Shown: in pieces, positions 39,070 through 51,989 of the stretch
Numbering within the stretch: the first letter of the stretch is position 1
Layout of the letters: each line of letters starts with the position of its first letter
Assembly: GCF_006345805.1 (NCBI RefSeq)
Contig: NC_042997.1
Span: 71,176,001 to 71,240,000, forward strand
DNA length: 64,000 nt
From: Octopus sinensis
Taxonomy: Eukaryota
Direction: 5' to 3'
Made by a program: the position numbers and the translations under genes
The notes under the pieces: model-generated
What the model was told of the DNA's origin: nothing
The model's database searches: none
Seen by the model: the letters and a program-made list of their open reading frames with translations, nothing else

Positions 39070-42000
39070 AAGCCACCCAACAATACCCAATAATATAAAC
39101 ACTGAAACAGTAAAACACGAAGACAAACGTAACATTCCCATCAAACACGATGTAAACAAAAAACAACAAACCCAGACCGTAAGGATGCATAATAATACAC
39201 GACAAACAGCAAGCCAAAGCACGACAAACAAACATACGAACGTGAAAAAAAGTGACACAAATGTAAAACCTGGAAACAACGAAGGGGAGCCTAATGATTA
39301 TGATACTATAAAAAGTAGAATAATCAAAGAAATAAAAAACACAGATCTCAAGATGGACCACCGACCATACCTCCCAAAAATCAAAATAGACGAAACAACA
39401 ACATCAATTATAAACAGCATAAAACTAGCCGTCACGGAACTAATAGCCACTGAAGCAAAAAGCGATATCACTGAGCTAAATGACTTAGTATACGCAGCAG
39501 CCACGGCAGCCACAAAAGAAGCTGGAAATTCACTCAAACCCATCCAAACAGGAGTACCACCACCCAAACAAACCCTGTGGATAAATAACATCCAAAACAA
39601 AATACAAAATCAGTAGACAATCAACGCTAACTGAGCAACAAAAAGAAAACAAAAATAATCCGCAAATACAACATCACAGAAAAAGATTTACCTGAGATAA
39701 AAGAAAAGCTAAAGCAAGATATCCTTGCCAAAGCACAAAGGATCCGCCGGTACGAGAAACGCCAGCGCTTCTTTGAACAAAACAAAAAGTTCAACTCCAA
39801 CCCCAAAAAGTTCTACCAAGAACTTGGCAAAAATAAAATTGAAATCACTGCAGCACCAACGGCAGGAGAAGTGGAAGAATTCGTGAGAGAAATATGGTCG
39901 GCGAACGAACAACCAAAAAAAAGGAGTATTAAAACAACAAACTCAGCATCTGAGCAACTTTGTACCCCCATAACAACTAAAGAGGTCACCCAGGCACTGC
40001 AAAGACTAAGCAACTGGAAGGCACCTGGGCATGACAAGATCCCCAACTTCTGGTTGAAATATCTAACAGGAATGCACAAAAAGCTGGCTGAAAACTTTAA
40101 CAACATACTAGCAGAGCCAGAGACGATGCCTGAATGGCTCACGAAGGGGAAAACCATCTTAATTTCAAAATCCAATGAGGCAGCAAAAGCAGAAAACTAC
40201 AGACTTATAACCTATCTCCCTACAATGTACAAAACATTCACTGCAGTAATATCACAAAGATTGAACAAGCATCTGGTCGAAAACAACCTGTTTCCAGAAG
40301 AGCAGAAAGGATGTCGCAAAGGCTCATATGGATGTAAAGATCAACTAATGATCAATAAAGCCATAACTGAAGACAGCCACAGAAAGAAGAAAGGCCTCAG
40401 TATGGCCTGGATCGACTACAGAAAGGCGTTTGATAGCATCCCTCACACATGGATCCTCGAAACACTAGCCATTAACAAAGTAGCACCAACAATTATAAAA
40501 TACATAGGACACTATCAATAAATGACAGACAGTGCTACAGCTCCAAACAAAAGAGGGACTCGTGAAAACCAAAGCCATCCTCATTAGAAGGGGAATATTC
40601 CAGGGAAATACGCTCTCTCCACTCCTTTTCTGCTTGGCACTCTCACCTCTATTTGATATACTAAATAGAACTGGATGCGGATATAAATGTTACGGCAAAA
40701 CGATCAGCCACCTTTTATATATGGATGACCTAAAACTATACGCTACAAATGACAAACAGCTGGAAACACTACTAAAGACAGCTCATGGGTTTACCAAAGA
40801 AATAGATATGAAATTTGGATTAGAAAAATGCACCAAAGTAACCATGAAAAGAGGAAAACTAGTTAAGAGTAGCAACATCACACTAGATAAAACCAATGAA
40901 ATAAGAGAAGTAGACCAAAGCCAAACTTACAAATACTTAGGAATCCATGAACTAGATAAGACACAACACACACAAATGAAAGAGAAAATAAAAAAGAATA
41001 TTATAGACGAGTTATATCAATACTACAAAGAGAGCTCAATGCTAAAAACAAGATAATAGGTATCAACACTTTAGCTGTCCCAGTTATAAGTTACAGCTAC
41101 AATATCCTTAACTGGACACTAAATGAACTGACCAAAATACATAGGAAAACAAGAAAAATAATGACAGGATCTAGGATGCATCACCCAAAATCTGACATAG
41201 AAAGACTATATATACAACGTATAGATGGGGGTAGAGGCCTTATACAGCTGGAAAACTACTATAAAATAACCACCATAGGACTGCAAAAATATCTACTTCA
41301 GAAGGAAGGAAAACTGATACAAATAGCGGCAAAACACGAGCAAAACAAAAAACTGTTCTCAGTATTTAAGGAAGCTGACAAATACAAACAAGAAATCATA
41401 CCACCTAACAAATATGAAGAAGAAGAAGAAGATGAAGAAACAACAAAAGCTATAAAACAAATGAAATCAAAACTAAACCTATAACAGCAAAGAACCATGA
41501 TAAAACGATGGCAAGAAAAGCCCCTTCATGGTAAATACTGGACTAAACTAAATGCAAAAAAAAATAGACAAAGAAAAGTCCCAGCAATGGTTGAGAAGCT
41601 CAGGACTCAAAGCAGAGACAGCGGGATTTTTAATTGCAGCACAAGACCAAAGCCTCCCCACCAGGAATTACCAAAAACATGTAGTGAAAAGAAATATAAC
41701 AAGTAACTGCAGAATATGTGGAGATGGACAAGAAACAATAAATCATATTATCTCTGGCTGCCCAGTCCTGGCTAAGAAGGAATATATTCACAGACATGAC
41801 AGAGTTGGAACCTACATACACTGGAAGCTATGCCAACATTATGGAATAACAACAGAAAAAAGATGGTATAGGCACACACCAGAAAAGGTCACAGAAAACG
41901 AGAAAGCAACCATACTCTGGGATATGCCGATACACACAGATAGAGAAGTTAAGGCCAACAGACCAGATACAGTTGTCAGAGATCATGAAGAAAAAAATGC

Positions 42001-42375
42001 TTTCTAATTGATGTATCAATACCGGCAGATGACAACGTTCTCTAAAAGAAATGGAGAAACTTTCAAAATACAAAGATCTGGAAATAGAGGTAACCAGAAT
42101 GTGGAATCTAGAAACAGAAACAATTCCTATCATAGTAGGTGCATTAGGCATGACAAAAAAAATATTCAGACAAATACATAACAAAAACACCAGGATTTAC
42201 AAGCACATATAACATACAGAAAATTGCACTACTGGGCACTGCACACATCCTACGCAGAACACTTTCCATACAATAACCATCAGAGCATCACAACGAATCA
42301 TAGCACATACCTAAGGCACACAGAGCTGCGCTCGGTAGTGAAGTGAAAGCACGCTATAAAAATAAAACTACTGAA
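39070..42375 (+). mobile_element. R4/Dong element, near full length, multiply frameshifted
   Basis: ORF pieces 38891-39616, 39871-40521 (NWKAPGHD, AWIDYRKAFDS), 40532-41056 (GIFQG, YMDDLKLY), 41161-41484, 41552-42007 (CRICGDGQETINHIISGC, RPD). (TAA)n/(AAG)n at the 5' side and (TAA)n at the 3' side. Confidence 0.92.
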
Positions 42376-42423
42376 TAATAATAATAATAACAATAATAAT
42401 AATGATAATAACAGCAACAACAA

Positions 42424-42484
<61 letters not shown>

Positions 42485-42539
42485 TAATAATAATGAGGAG
42501 GAGGAGGAGGAGGATAATAATAATAGCAATAATAATAGT

Positions 42540-43600
42540 AACCCAGGCATACAAATACTTAGGAATCAATGAACTAGATACGATACAACACACACAAATG
42601 AAAAAGATGATAAGAAAAGAATATTATAAACGTGTTAGATTAATATTGAAAACAGAGCTAAGGTCGAAAAACAAGATAATAGGTATCAACGCTTTAGCCG
42701 TCCCAGTTACAAGTTACAGCAACAAGATTCTTAACTGAACTCTAAATGAACTAATCAAAATAGACAAGAAAACAAGAAAAATATTGATAGGATTTAAGAT
42801 GCACCCACCAAAATCTGACATAGAAAAATTAAATATGCAAAGCATGAAATGTGGTCGAGGCTTTATACTCTCTTTTCTCTTTTACTCTTTTACTTGTTTC
42901 AGTCATTTGACTGCGGCCATACTGGAGCACCGCCTTTAGTCGAGCAAATCGATCCCGGGACTTATTCTTTGTAAGCCCAGTACTTATTCTATCGGTCTCT
43001 TTTGCCGAACCGCTAAGTGACGGGGACATAAACACAGCAGCATCGGTTGTCAAGCAATGCTAGGGGGACAAACACAGACACACAAACACACACACACATA
43101 CATATATATATACGACATATATATATACATATATACGACAGGCTTCTTTCAGTTTCCGTCTACCAAATCCACTCACAAGGCATTGGTCGGCCCGGGGCTA
43201 TAGCAGAAGACACTTGCCCAAGATGCCACGCAGTGGGACTGAACCCGGAACCATGTGGTTGGTTAGAAAGCTACTTACCACACAAAATAAGCACCATAGG
43301 ACTACAGAAATACCTACTTCAGGAGCAAAGAAAACTAATACAAATAACCACCAAACACAAACAAAACGTTAAAGAAGCTGAGAAATACAAAAAAGAAGTC
43401 ATAGTACCTGACAACTATGAAGAAAAAGAAGAAACAACAAAATATGTAAAACAACTGAGGGAGAACATCTAAAGAGACCAAACTAAAACTGAAACAGCAA
43501 CTGATCATGATAAAACGATGTCAAGAAAAGCCTCTATATGGTAAATATCGGATTAAATTAAGCAGAAAAGAAATAGACAAAATAAAATCCCAACAATGAT
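42540..43600 (+). mobile_element. R4/Dong fragment interrupted by a SINE
   Basis: YKYLGINELDTIQHTQMKK...; resumes at about 43285 with ITTIGLQKYLL-like sequence. Confidence 0.8.
42865..43280 (-). mobile_element. SINE type A, full length
   Basis: Reverse complement of the 5045-5435 type. Confidence 0.9.
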
Positions 43601-43639
43601 TGAGAAGCTCAGGATTCAGTTCAGAGATAAATTCCTGAG

Positions 43640-44810
43640 CAGCCATAAATTCCTTGGTAGTTCCAGTTGTTATTCACGGTTTCAATGTGTTGAACTGGAA
43701 TATGAGCGAAATAAGGAGGATTGACCCGAAAATCCGTAAGTTGCTGACTTGTAATAAGATGCACCACCCAAATGCAGACGCAGATCGTCTTTACCTTCCT
43801 AGAGCCCAAGGAGGTCGAGGTTTGATCCAATTTGAAATTTTCTACAAAACCACCAAATATCTGGCCAAATATATTAAAACACCTAGCGACTGGAGGCTAA
43901 AACTCGTTAAACACCACGAGCGATGTAAGAAGTTTCATTTTGTCATAAAGGAGAGCAAAAAAATTACTAGTATGCTTGAAGTCACTAAAAAATTACATAG
44001 TATGCTTGAACTCACTAGTAATTTTTTGAACAGAATAATGGAAGTGCGACAACTGTTGTTGCAAAGAAGGTGAAATCAATGACAAAGCAAAAGGCGTTTG
44101 GCTGATAGGTTGGAGCAAGAACCTCTGCATGGCAAATATGTGGCCCATAGCAAACAAGCTATTGTAGACCAGAAGCACACCCGTCAGTGGCTACAGGGCT
44201 CAGAGGTAAAGACAGAGCGAAAAGGCTTTATGGTATCTGCTCAATATCAGAATTTATTGACCCAGAACTACCAAGCCAACGTGATGAAAAATGGAGTGCA
44301 TCCAAAGTGCCGATACTACAAAATTGAAACAGTGGACCACATAATCTCTGAGTGTAATGTTTTAGCACCAGTAGATAATAAATCTAGACATGAAAGAGTT
44401 GGCCAATATCTACACTGGATAATATGTCGGCATTATGAAATCAAAAATGCTGAGAAATGGTACAAGCACCATCCTGAAGCTGTAACTGAGGGAGAAACTT
44501 TGGGACTTTTCAGTACATACAGACCGTACCATCAAAGTTAATAAACTAGATATTGTTGAAAGGCCAAAGCAATAAAATCTGATAATTGATTGACATGAAT
44601 ATTCCTTGTGATTAAAATATCTCGGCAAAAGAATTTGACAAGATCAGGAAATATAACGTGACATCTCAAGATGGTTTTTGTAGGAGCAATCGGAATTATC
44701 AAAAAAAGAACGGAAAATTATTTGATCTGTAGTTTACCATCCATGCAGGAAGTGAAAAATATCCTATTAAATGGTACATCACACGTAGTGAGAAAAGCAT
44801 TGTCGCAGTA
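43640..44810 (+). mobile_element. R4/Dong 3' fragment (subfamily of the 30.6-33.1 kb copy)
   Basis: MHHPNADADRLYLPRAQGGRGL; EQEPLHGKYV; CRYYKIETVDHIISEC; RHERVGQYLHW. Confidence 0.85.
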
Positions 44811-44999
44811 AATATTCTTTCCTTTTTTCCCATATTTTTTTTTTGTTTTCAGTTTTCATTTTTCATCTTGTTTCCTTCTTAACCCTGTCTTACTTCTCTT
44901 TTTTTCTGTCACATGACTTTGTAAATTAACAATCTGGTGTGCTTATTTTGATGGCCTACAAATGTATACAGTAAGTTTCTTTCTTAAGAGTTTCAGACC

Positions 45000-45543
45000 T
45001 CACTTCTCAGATTTCTCTATTGATGTTCTCATTCAGTTGCAGCAGGGTCTCCGGTTTGTTGACGTAAACCCTCTCTTTTAGGCATGCCCACAAGAAAAAA
45101 TCCGGGCCAGTCAAGTCTGGGGGACGTGAAGGCCATTTGACATTGCTGTAGAGGGAGATTATTCTCTCACCAAAGCACCGCCGTAGTAAAGCACTGATTT
45201 TTTCTTGTGGGGATACTTGAAAGAGATGGTTTACATCGACTAGATGGAGACCCTGGAGAAACTGAAGGAGAACATCAATAGAGAAATCAGGTAAGTGGAG
45301 CCTGAATTTCTTGAGTGTGTTATGGCGCAAATTTTGGAAAGAGCACGAGCGTGCGAAACCAAATATGGCTATCATTTAAGCGATGTCATTTTTCATATGT
45401 GATGTAGTGGCGTTGCAAAATTTGACTTGTGCATATTAATTCTCATTATGTCCTTTATATTGTATCAAACTTTCGTGCTTATTTGTAAAGTTAAGGAAGT
45501 TATTAAAAATTGAACGCCATCAGTGACTTTTGGGACACTTTGT
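45000..45543. mobile_element. Two divergently oriented Tc1/mariner transposase C-termini plus a TIR remnant
   Basis: Minus: WPSRPPDLTGPDFFLWACLKERVYVNKP. Plus 45196-45405: FFLWGYLKEMVY...LKENINREI. TIR-like ttttgggacactttgta at about 45525-45543. Confidence 0.8.
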
Positions 45544-45938
45544 ATGTGTGTGTAGTAAGTAGAGTAAGAGCATACACGAAAAGGAAAAGTGTCGGTGAAG
45601 AGGTCACAGATGTGTAAAGAAATATTTTCGGACAATGGACATAAGTTTAAATAAGAACAGTAATAAACGAGTGAAGAACAAATATATAGTGCGTGTGTTT
45701 ATTTGGCAAGAAAATAAATGACCGTCCCGAAATATAACAATATATATATATATATATAAACAGAAAGAAAGCAAAGATTTTTAGATGATGAATTTTTAAG
45801 TATGCATATATAGATATTTATGTATTAATAGATCTAGCCAGTTCCACTAAAGGAGTTTTTTGTGAGTACTATAGGATTAGTTAAATCCATAAATTGTGCA
45901 TTTAATATATGTGTGTGTGTGTGTAGCTACATCTATCT

Positions 45939-46030
<92 letters not shown>

Positions 46031-46129
46031 CATACTAATAGATAAGTAGATTTAGGTACACACACATATCCGGTATTATAAAAACATAAATAATAAATAA
46101 TATATGATATATATATATATACATATACA

Positions 46130-46703
46130 TAGGCGTAGGAGTGGCTGTGTAGTAAGAAGCTTGCTTACAAACCACATGTTTCCAGGTTCCTTCCCTCTGC
46201 GTGGCCCCTTGGGCGAGTGTCTTCTACTATAGCCTCGAGCCGACCAAAGCCTTCTGAGATGGATTTGGTAGACGGAAACGGAAAACCTGTTGTATATATG
46301 TATGTATGTATACATTTATATATATATATCTATATGTGTGTGTGTGTGTGAAGGAGCATGGCTCAGTGATTTGAGTGTCGAGCTTATGATCGTGAGGTTG
46401 TGAGTTCGAATCCTGGACCGGGTTGCGTGTTTTGTTCTTGACCAAGATACTTTATTTCACGCTGCTCCAGTTCACTCAACTACAGAAATAAGTTGCGACG
46501 TCACAGGTGCCGTATCGGATTTGCCTTTCCTTTCGATAACACTGGTGGCGTGGTGAGAGGAGGCCGGTATGCATGGGCGACTGCTGGTCTTCTATAAACA
46601 ACCTTGCCCAGACTTGTTTCTGGAAGGTAACTTACTAGGTGCAATCCCATGGCGAGTCATGACCGAAGGGCGTCTCATATATATATATATATTATATATA
46701 TAT

Positions 46704-46740
<37 letters not shown>

Positions 46741-46950
46741 TTGTGTGTGCATATGTTTGTTTGTCTGAGTTTGTCTCTCCAACGACGCTTGACAACCGAT
46801 GCTGGTGTGTTCACGTGCCCGTCACCTCGCGGTTCGGCAAGAGAGACCGATAGAATAAGTATTAGGCTTACACACAATAAGTCCTGGGGTCGATTTGCTC
46901 GACTAAAGGCGGTGCTCCAGCATGACCACAGTCAAATGACTGAAACAAGT
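46130..46950 (+). mobile_element. SINE type A with a type B SINE (46353-46677) nested in its central microsatellite
   Basis: Type A head at 46130-46300 and tail at 46740-46950. Inner SINE head ggagcatggctcagtg...gagttcgaatcc. Confidence 0.8.
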
Positions 46951-46978
46951 GTAAAGAGTATATATACAATAAATAATA

Positions 46979-47043
<65 letters not shown>

Positions 47044-47658
47044 TATAGATATACCTGCATATATGTGTACGGGACGTCACCAACGGAGTAAATAACATGA
47101 AATACGTAAACAAGCGAGAGAAAAACGAGTGAAATTCGCAAACAACCAGAAGAGAATGGAAAACAGGACTAGTAAACATAAAGACTAAACCCTTTATCAG
47201 TTGTCGGCTGTTTATCTACTCCTCATTTCGAGCCTTCAACGACAATATGAGTCTTCAAAGACAATTGCTGCCATAAATTCTGGAGGGTCAAATTTGGGAA
47301 CAAAAACATGACAGTAAAGACATACAAGGAAACCGAACGAAAACAAACATGGAGGGTCGTTAGACCAGAACGAGAGGAAAATAGTGAACGCTGGGCGAAA
47401 CATTTTTTTTTAAGGGAAAAGGTAGAAGAGAAAGAGAAACACACGTCCGTTCTTTCTAAATGGTCACGTGATGAAAAGAAAGATGGACGATGGTCGCTGT
47501 GAGCAACGAGAAAGTGAGAGAGAAAGAAAGAGAAAGAAGGGGGTGACAGATAGAAAACGGTGAAAGTGAGAAGAGGAGAAAAAGGGTATTAGAGACGGAT
47601 GGATCAAGAAATAATTATTTATTATTTAATTGAACACGGCGCATCCATTTCCAAGTGA

Positions 47659-47703
<45 letters not shown>

Positions 47704-48680
47704 TATAAACAAGGAGACTGGAGCTGGCAATTCGTTTTATTGCATAATTCTGCAATTGTTTCACCTCCACTTTACCAGCAGATTTGTACTAAAACATTAT
47801 TGTATAACATGGGAAATAATACACTGAATCGTCATTGCTGTATCTATCTCAAAAATTGTCGATTCTTCAGATTTATGTATAAAATCGAGTTGTTGAAATA
47901 ACCTGTATTATATACGATGTAAACACATCGTATATCCCTTCGTTGGAAATGTTCGTATCACTTCATTAGCATATTATAGATAAAGCAAATTAAAAATGCA
48001 TAATAAACCACAAATCGAAATCAACTGATTGTGTGTAGAGTTTTATGTGTGTGTGTGTGTGTGTGTGTATGTGTGTGTTATATGTGTGTGTGTACGTGTG
48101 TGTGTGTGCGTGCGTGAGTGTGCATGTCACTGTCTGTGTACTTATCTGTGTATTTGTGTGTGCATATATAATTATATGTAAAAACTGTTAAGCTTCACTG
48201 TTCGCTGTTTTCCAAAGTGCAAAAGGTTCTGAGGTTCCATAGAATAAGGTATTTTTAAACAAAATTTAATGAAAATGTATTTTGTTTAAAAAATCGCATT
48301 CATTATTTTCAAAATAAGTTAGGCGTGAAGAATCGCCTTTAGTTGAATAATGCGCCTCTGCAGGCCCTACGTTCTACCAAGCGGCAAGTGTAATGGGAAT
48401 CAAACGGCAAGTTAGGTGACGTGAATTGCTGCCTTCAGTAGGCACCGACCTCGTAACGTACTCTGTAAAACCGCTGTACCGGTAACGTCTTGCTTTTAGA
48501 ACTTTATTATTGTTTGTGCTATTATAAATTAGGTAAACTATTTAAGAAGGCATTTTGATATATTTTTCTTCGAAACCGACGACGATTAAAATACAGGTGG
48601 TTGAGTAACACTAGAGTAATATGACAATGCATAAATTTCTGAAACTGTAACATCTAAAGAAGATATAGATATTCTTTGCT

Positions 48681-50870
48681 ACTCTAGACACAAGGCCCAA
48701 AATTTTGGGGGAGGGGTTAGTCGATTACATCGACTCCAGTACGCAACTGGTACATAATTTATCGACCCCGAAAGGATGACAGGCAAAGTCGACCTCGGCG
48801 GATTTTGAACTCAGAACGTAAAAACTGACGAAATTCCGCTTAGCATTTCGTCCGGCGTGCTAACGTTTCTGCCAGTTCGCCGCCTTAGAAGAAAATATAG
48901 ATATTGAAAAACCTTAAATTCTGATTAATCTGAACGTAGAAAAAATTTGCACCTCCCGATTGCACGTAGCTTAGTTAGAACGTAATGGATATTAAATAAT
49001 TTCTACTTAACTCTTGCTAATATAATAAATGACGAAAGAGTTGTAGATGTCTTTACTTTGTAGCAAAACATTGATTTCAAATTTTGGCACATGGCCGGCA
49101 GTTTCGATGAAGGGACTAAGTGTTCAACTGGTGCTATTTCATCGACCTGAAAGCATGAACGGTAAAGTCAACACCGACGGCATTTAAGCCCAGAACGTAA
49201 ATACGGACGAAATGTCGCTAAGCATTTTCCCTGGCATGTTAACGATTCTGCCAGCTCGTCCCCTTATTTTGAAGCCAAAAAGATTAACAGACAGGTCTTA
49301 AATGCCAGAAAAATTACGGGGCCACATGGAAGCAGATCATGTAACTTTTAAATGTATGATATTTCTCATTTTAAAAGAAAACCTGATACGAATAATCATA
49401 ATTCTAAAATGTTCATATTTAACAAACTTTAGAATTATACTGAAAATGCAAAAAAATCATGTACAGTGCTAAAATCTTTGCTTAAAAGATGTCATCTCAT
49501 GTATGCTTCATGCAGGTTTTGTGAAAAATATGAAGACCTGTCTCCATTTCTACTGTTGCAAAGGTGTATTAATATGTATTACAATTTACATTAAAGCGGA
49601 ACTTATTTCGAAATTACATGTAAGTAATGCATAGTAATTAAAGCTAGATAAGTCCACAAACGTTGCTGGACTTACGATTTCACTTGTTTTGATTAATATG
49701 ACTAAAATGAGAGAATGCAAAAAGATTTGTTGCTCTATTTGACTGTTTGGAAGTTTTATTAAATGATCGAAATCAACAGGAATAAATTATATTTTACTAT
49801 AAGCACAAGGCTTGAAATTCTTGGGGAGAGGGATAATCGATTATATCGACACCAGTGCTCAATTGTTACTTATCTTATCGACTCAGTAGAATGAAAGGTA
49901 AAGTCGACCTCAACTGAATTTGAATTAGGAACGTAAAGCCTGAAGAAATGCCGCTAAGCATTTGGTCCGGTGTGCGAACGATTCTGCCAGTTCGCCGCCA
50001 AGTAATAATAGGAATGGCACTGAAACAGAAATCAAGAATGTTGCAAAACCTGTAACAGCAACTGAACCATTCTTCACAGAAAATGCATTAGTAGTGCAAA
50101 AATTCCATATATATTAAAATCAGTTTTCGATGAAGTAGTGTTAACTATCAGTTTTATTAAATCTTGCCAATTGAAATTTACTTTCAATTGTTGGCATTTA
50201 GCAGAATCATTAGCACTCCGAGCAAAGCACTTAGCAGCATATCGTCCGTCTTTATGTCCCGAGTTGAAATTCTGCCGAGCTCGCCTATTCTTTCCATCCT
50301 TCCAGTGTCAATAAAATAATAGAAGTTAAGCAGTAGGGGCCGATGTAATTGACTTCGCCCCTGCCATGAAATGATTGTCCTTGTGCCAAAACTTTAAACC
50401 ATTATAGTATTGGTTTCAGATTTTAGCACAGGCACTTGTTCGTATTTTTATCGACATCGAAAGGACGAAAAGCAAAGTCGACCTTGGTGGAATTTGGACT
50501 CAGAACGTAAAAGCAGACGAAATGCCGGTATGTATTTTGCCCGGCGTGTAAACGATTCTCTGAACACCCCGCCTTATGCTGGTGGTATAAAATTTACTAA
50601 TTTAGGTTTTCCGACAGATTAACGAGTTGGTTTTACAGCCAAGTTTTGCAGACGTAGCCAAAGGTGTTGTGAATCAATGATATTAAGTTTATAAAATGAA
50701 AAGTGAATATTTTAAAAGACGAAGATAACAAGGTATCATCATCCCAGAAATTTCAAAGGCCACAAGCTGACAGGATCGTTAGCACGCTGGGCAAAGTATT
50801 TAGCGGCCTTTTCCTTCAGACCTCAAATTCTGCCGAGGTCGACTTTTCCTTTCGTCTTGCTTTCATAAAT
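48681..50870. mobile_element. Cluster of six type C SINEs (four minus, two plus)
   Basis: About 48681-48887(-), 49075-49266(-), 49795-50001(-), 50195-50400(+), 50410-50575(-), 50760-50870(+), all sharing the gtcgacctcggcgg..ttgaactcagaacgtaa core. Confidence 0.85.
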
Positions 50871-51881
50871 ACAGAATATTTCCTTTACTCAACAACTGGT
50901 TTATCTATGGATATCTAAATTTCCAGAACGTCGAAATTAATCTGTAAATTTTACTCAAATTATTTCTTTACATAAGTTGCATCATCGATGTTTGGTACAA
51001 TTCTCTTTTTAAACATCCCCCACCACTTTTTAATTTTCCTGCAATTATATTTGTTATTACCGCCTCTCACTTATAATGCAACCTTATCTATCTGCATATA
51101 CATAATATATGTATATAGGGAGGGGATTTAATTTAGTGTGTTTGTATGCATGTATATATATATATGTAAGTGTATGTATAGCGGGGGGCGTAAATACATA
51201 TATATTAAATCAGTATTTCAAGAAAATCAAACTAGAGTGAAACAGTAGTGTTTCCTTAAAAAAATGATATTTCGATATTAAAGTCATCGTGGTTTGGTGA
51301 ATTCTTAGCTCCCTGTCGAAGTCTGCGGGTACTGACATTACATCTGGCCAGTCTTGGGTACTTTGTTGGACAAAATCCGAACGATGTAAACATTTACGAC
51401 CAGTAAAATGTGGTTAAATAAACTGAAGAACTATTCGGTAATCGATGTAATATCAGCTGCCAAGGAAAAATTCCAGGCATGAACCGTTTTAGAATTTAAA
51501 TAGAAAGAGCAATGTGACAGCAAAAATAAAAAATATGTATAATGAAATGTGAAAAAGAGCAGAGAAGTAAGACAAATATAAAAAAAAATATTTAATTGGT
51601 ATGGGGAAATCCAACAGATTTTATTAATTTTGAAATGTCACACCTTGTCCAATCAGATTTAGATGCTTATTTGATTAGTTTTTCAACTAAACCTCACTTC
51701 GTCATTTAAAACTAATTTAAACAATTGTATTGTTCCAAAACATCATTTCTGCTTGATGGTCGGCATTTTGAGGTTCGGAGTAAAAGTTTTTCCACTCCAA
51801 TAAAAATTTTGAATATTACTCTGCCTTTGGTATTCGAGTACTCCTTTTCCAGTATATTTTGCACCTATGTGCACTCACATG

Positions 51882-51946
<65 letters not shown>

Positions 51947-51957
51947 ACATACATACA

Positions 51958-51989
<32 letters not shown>

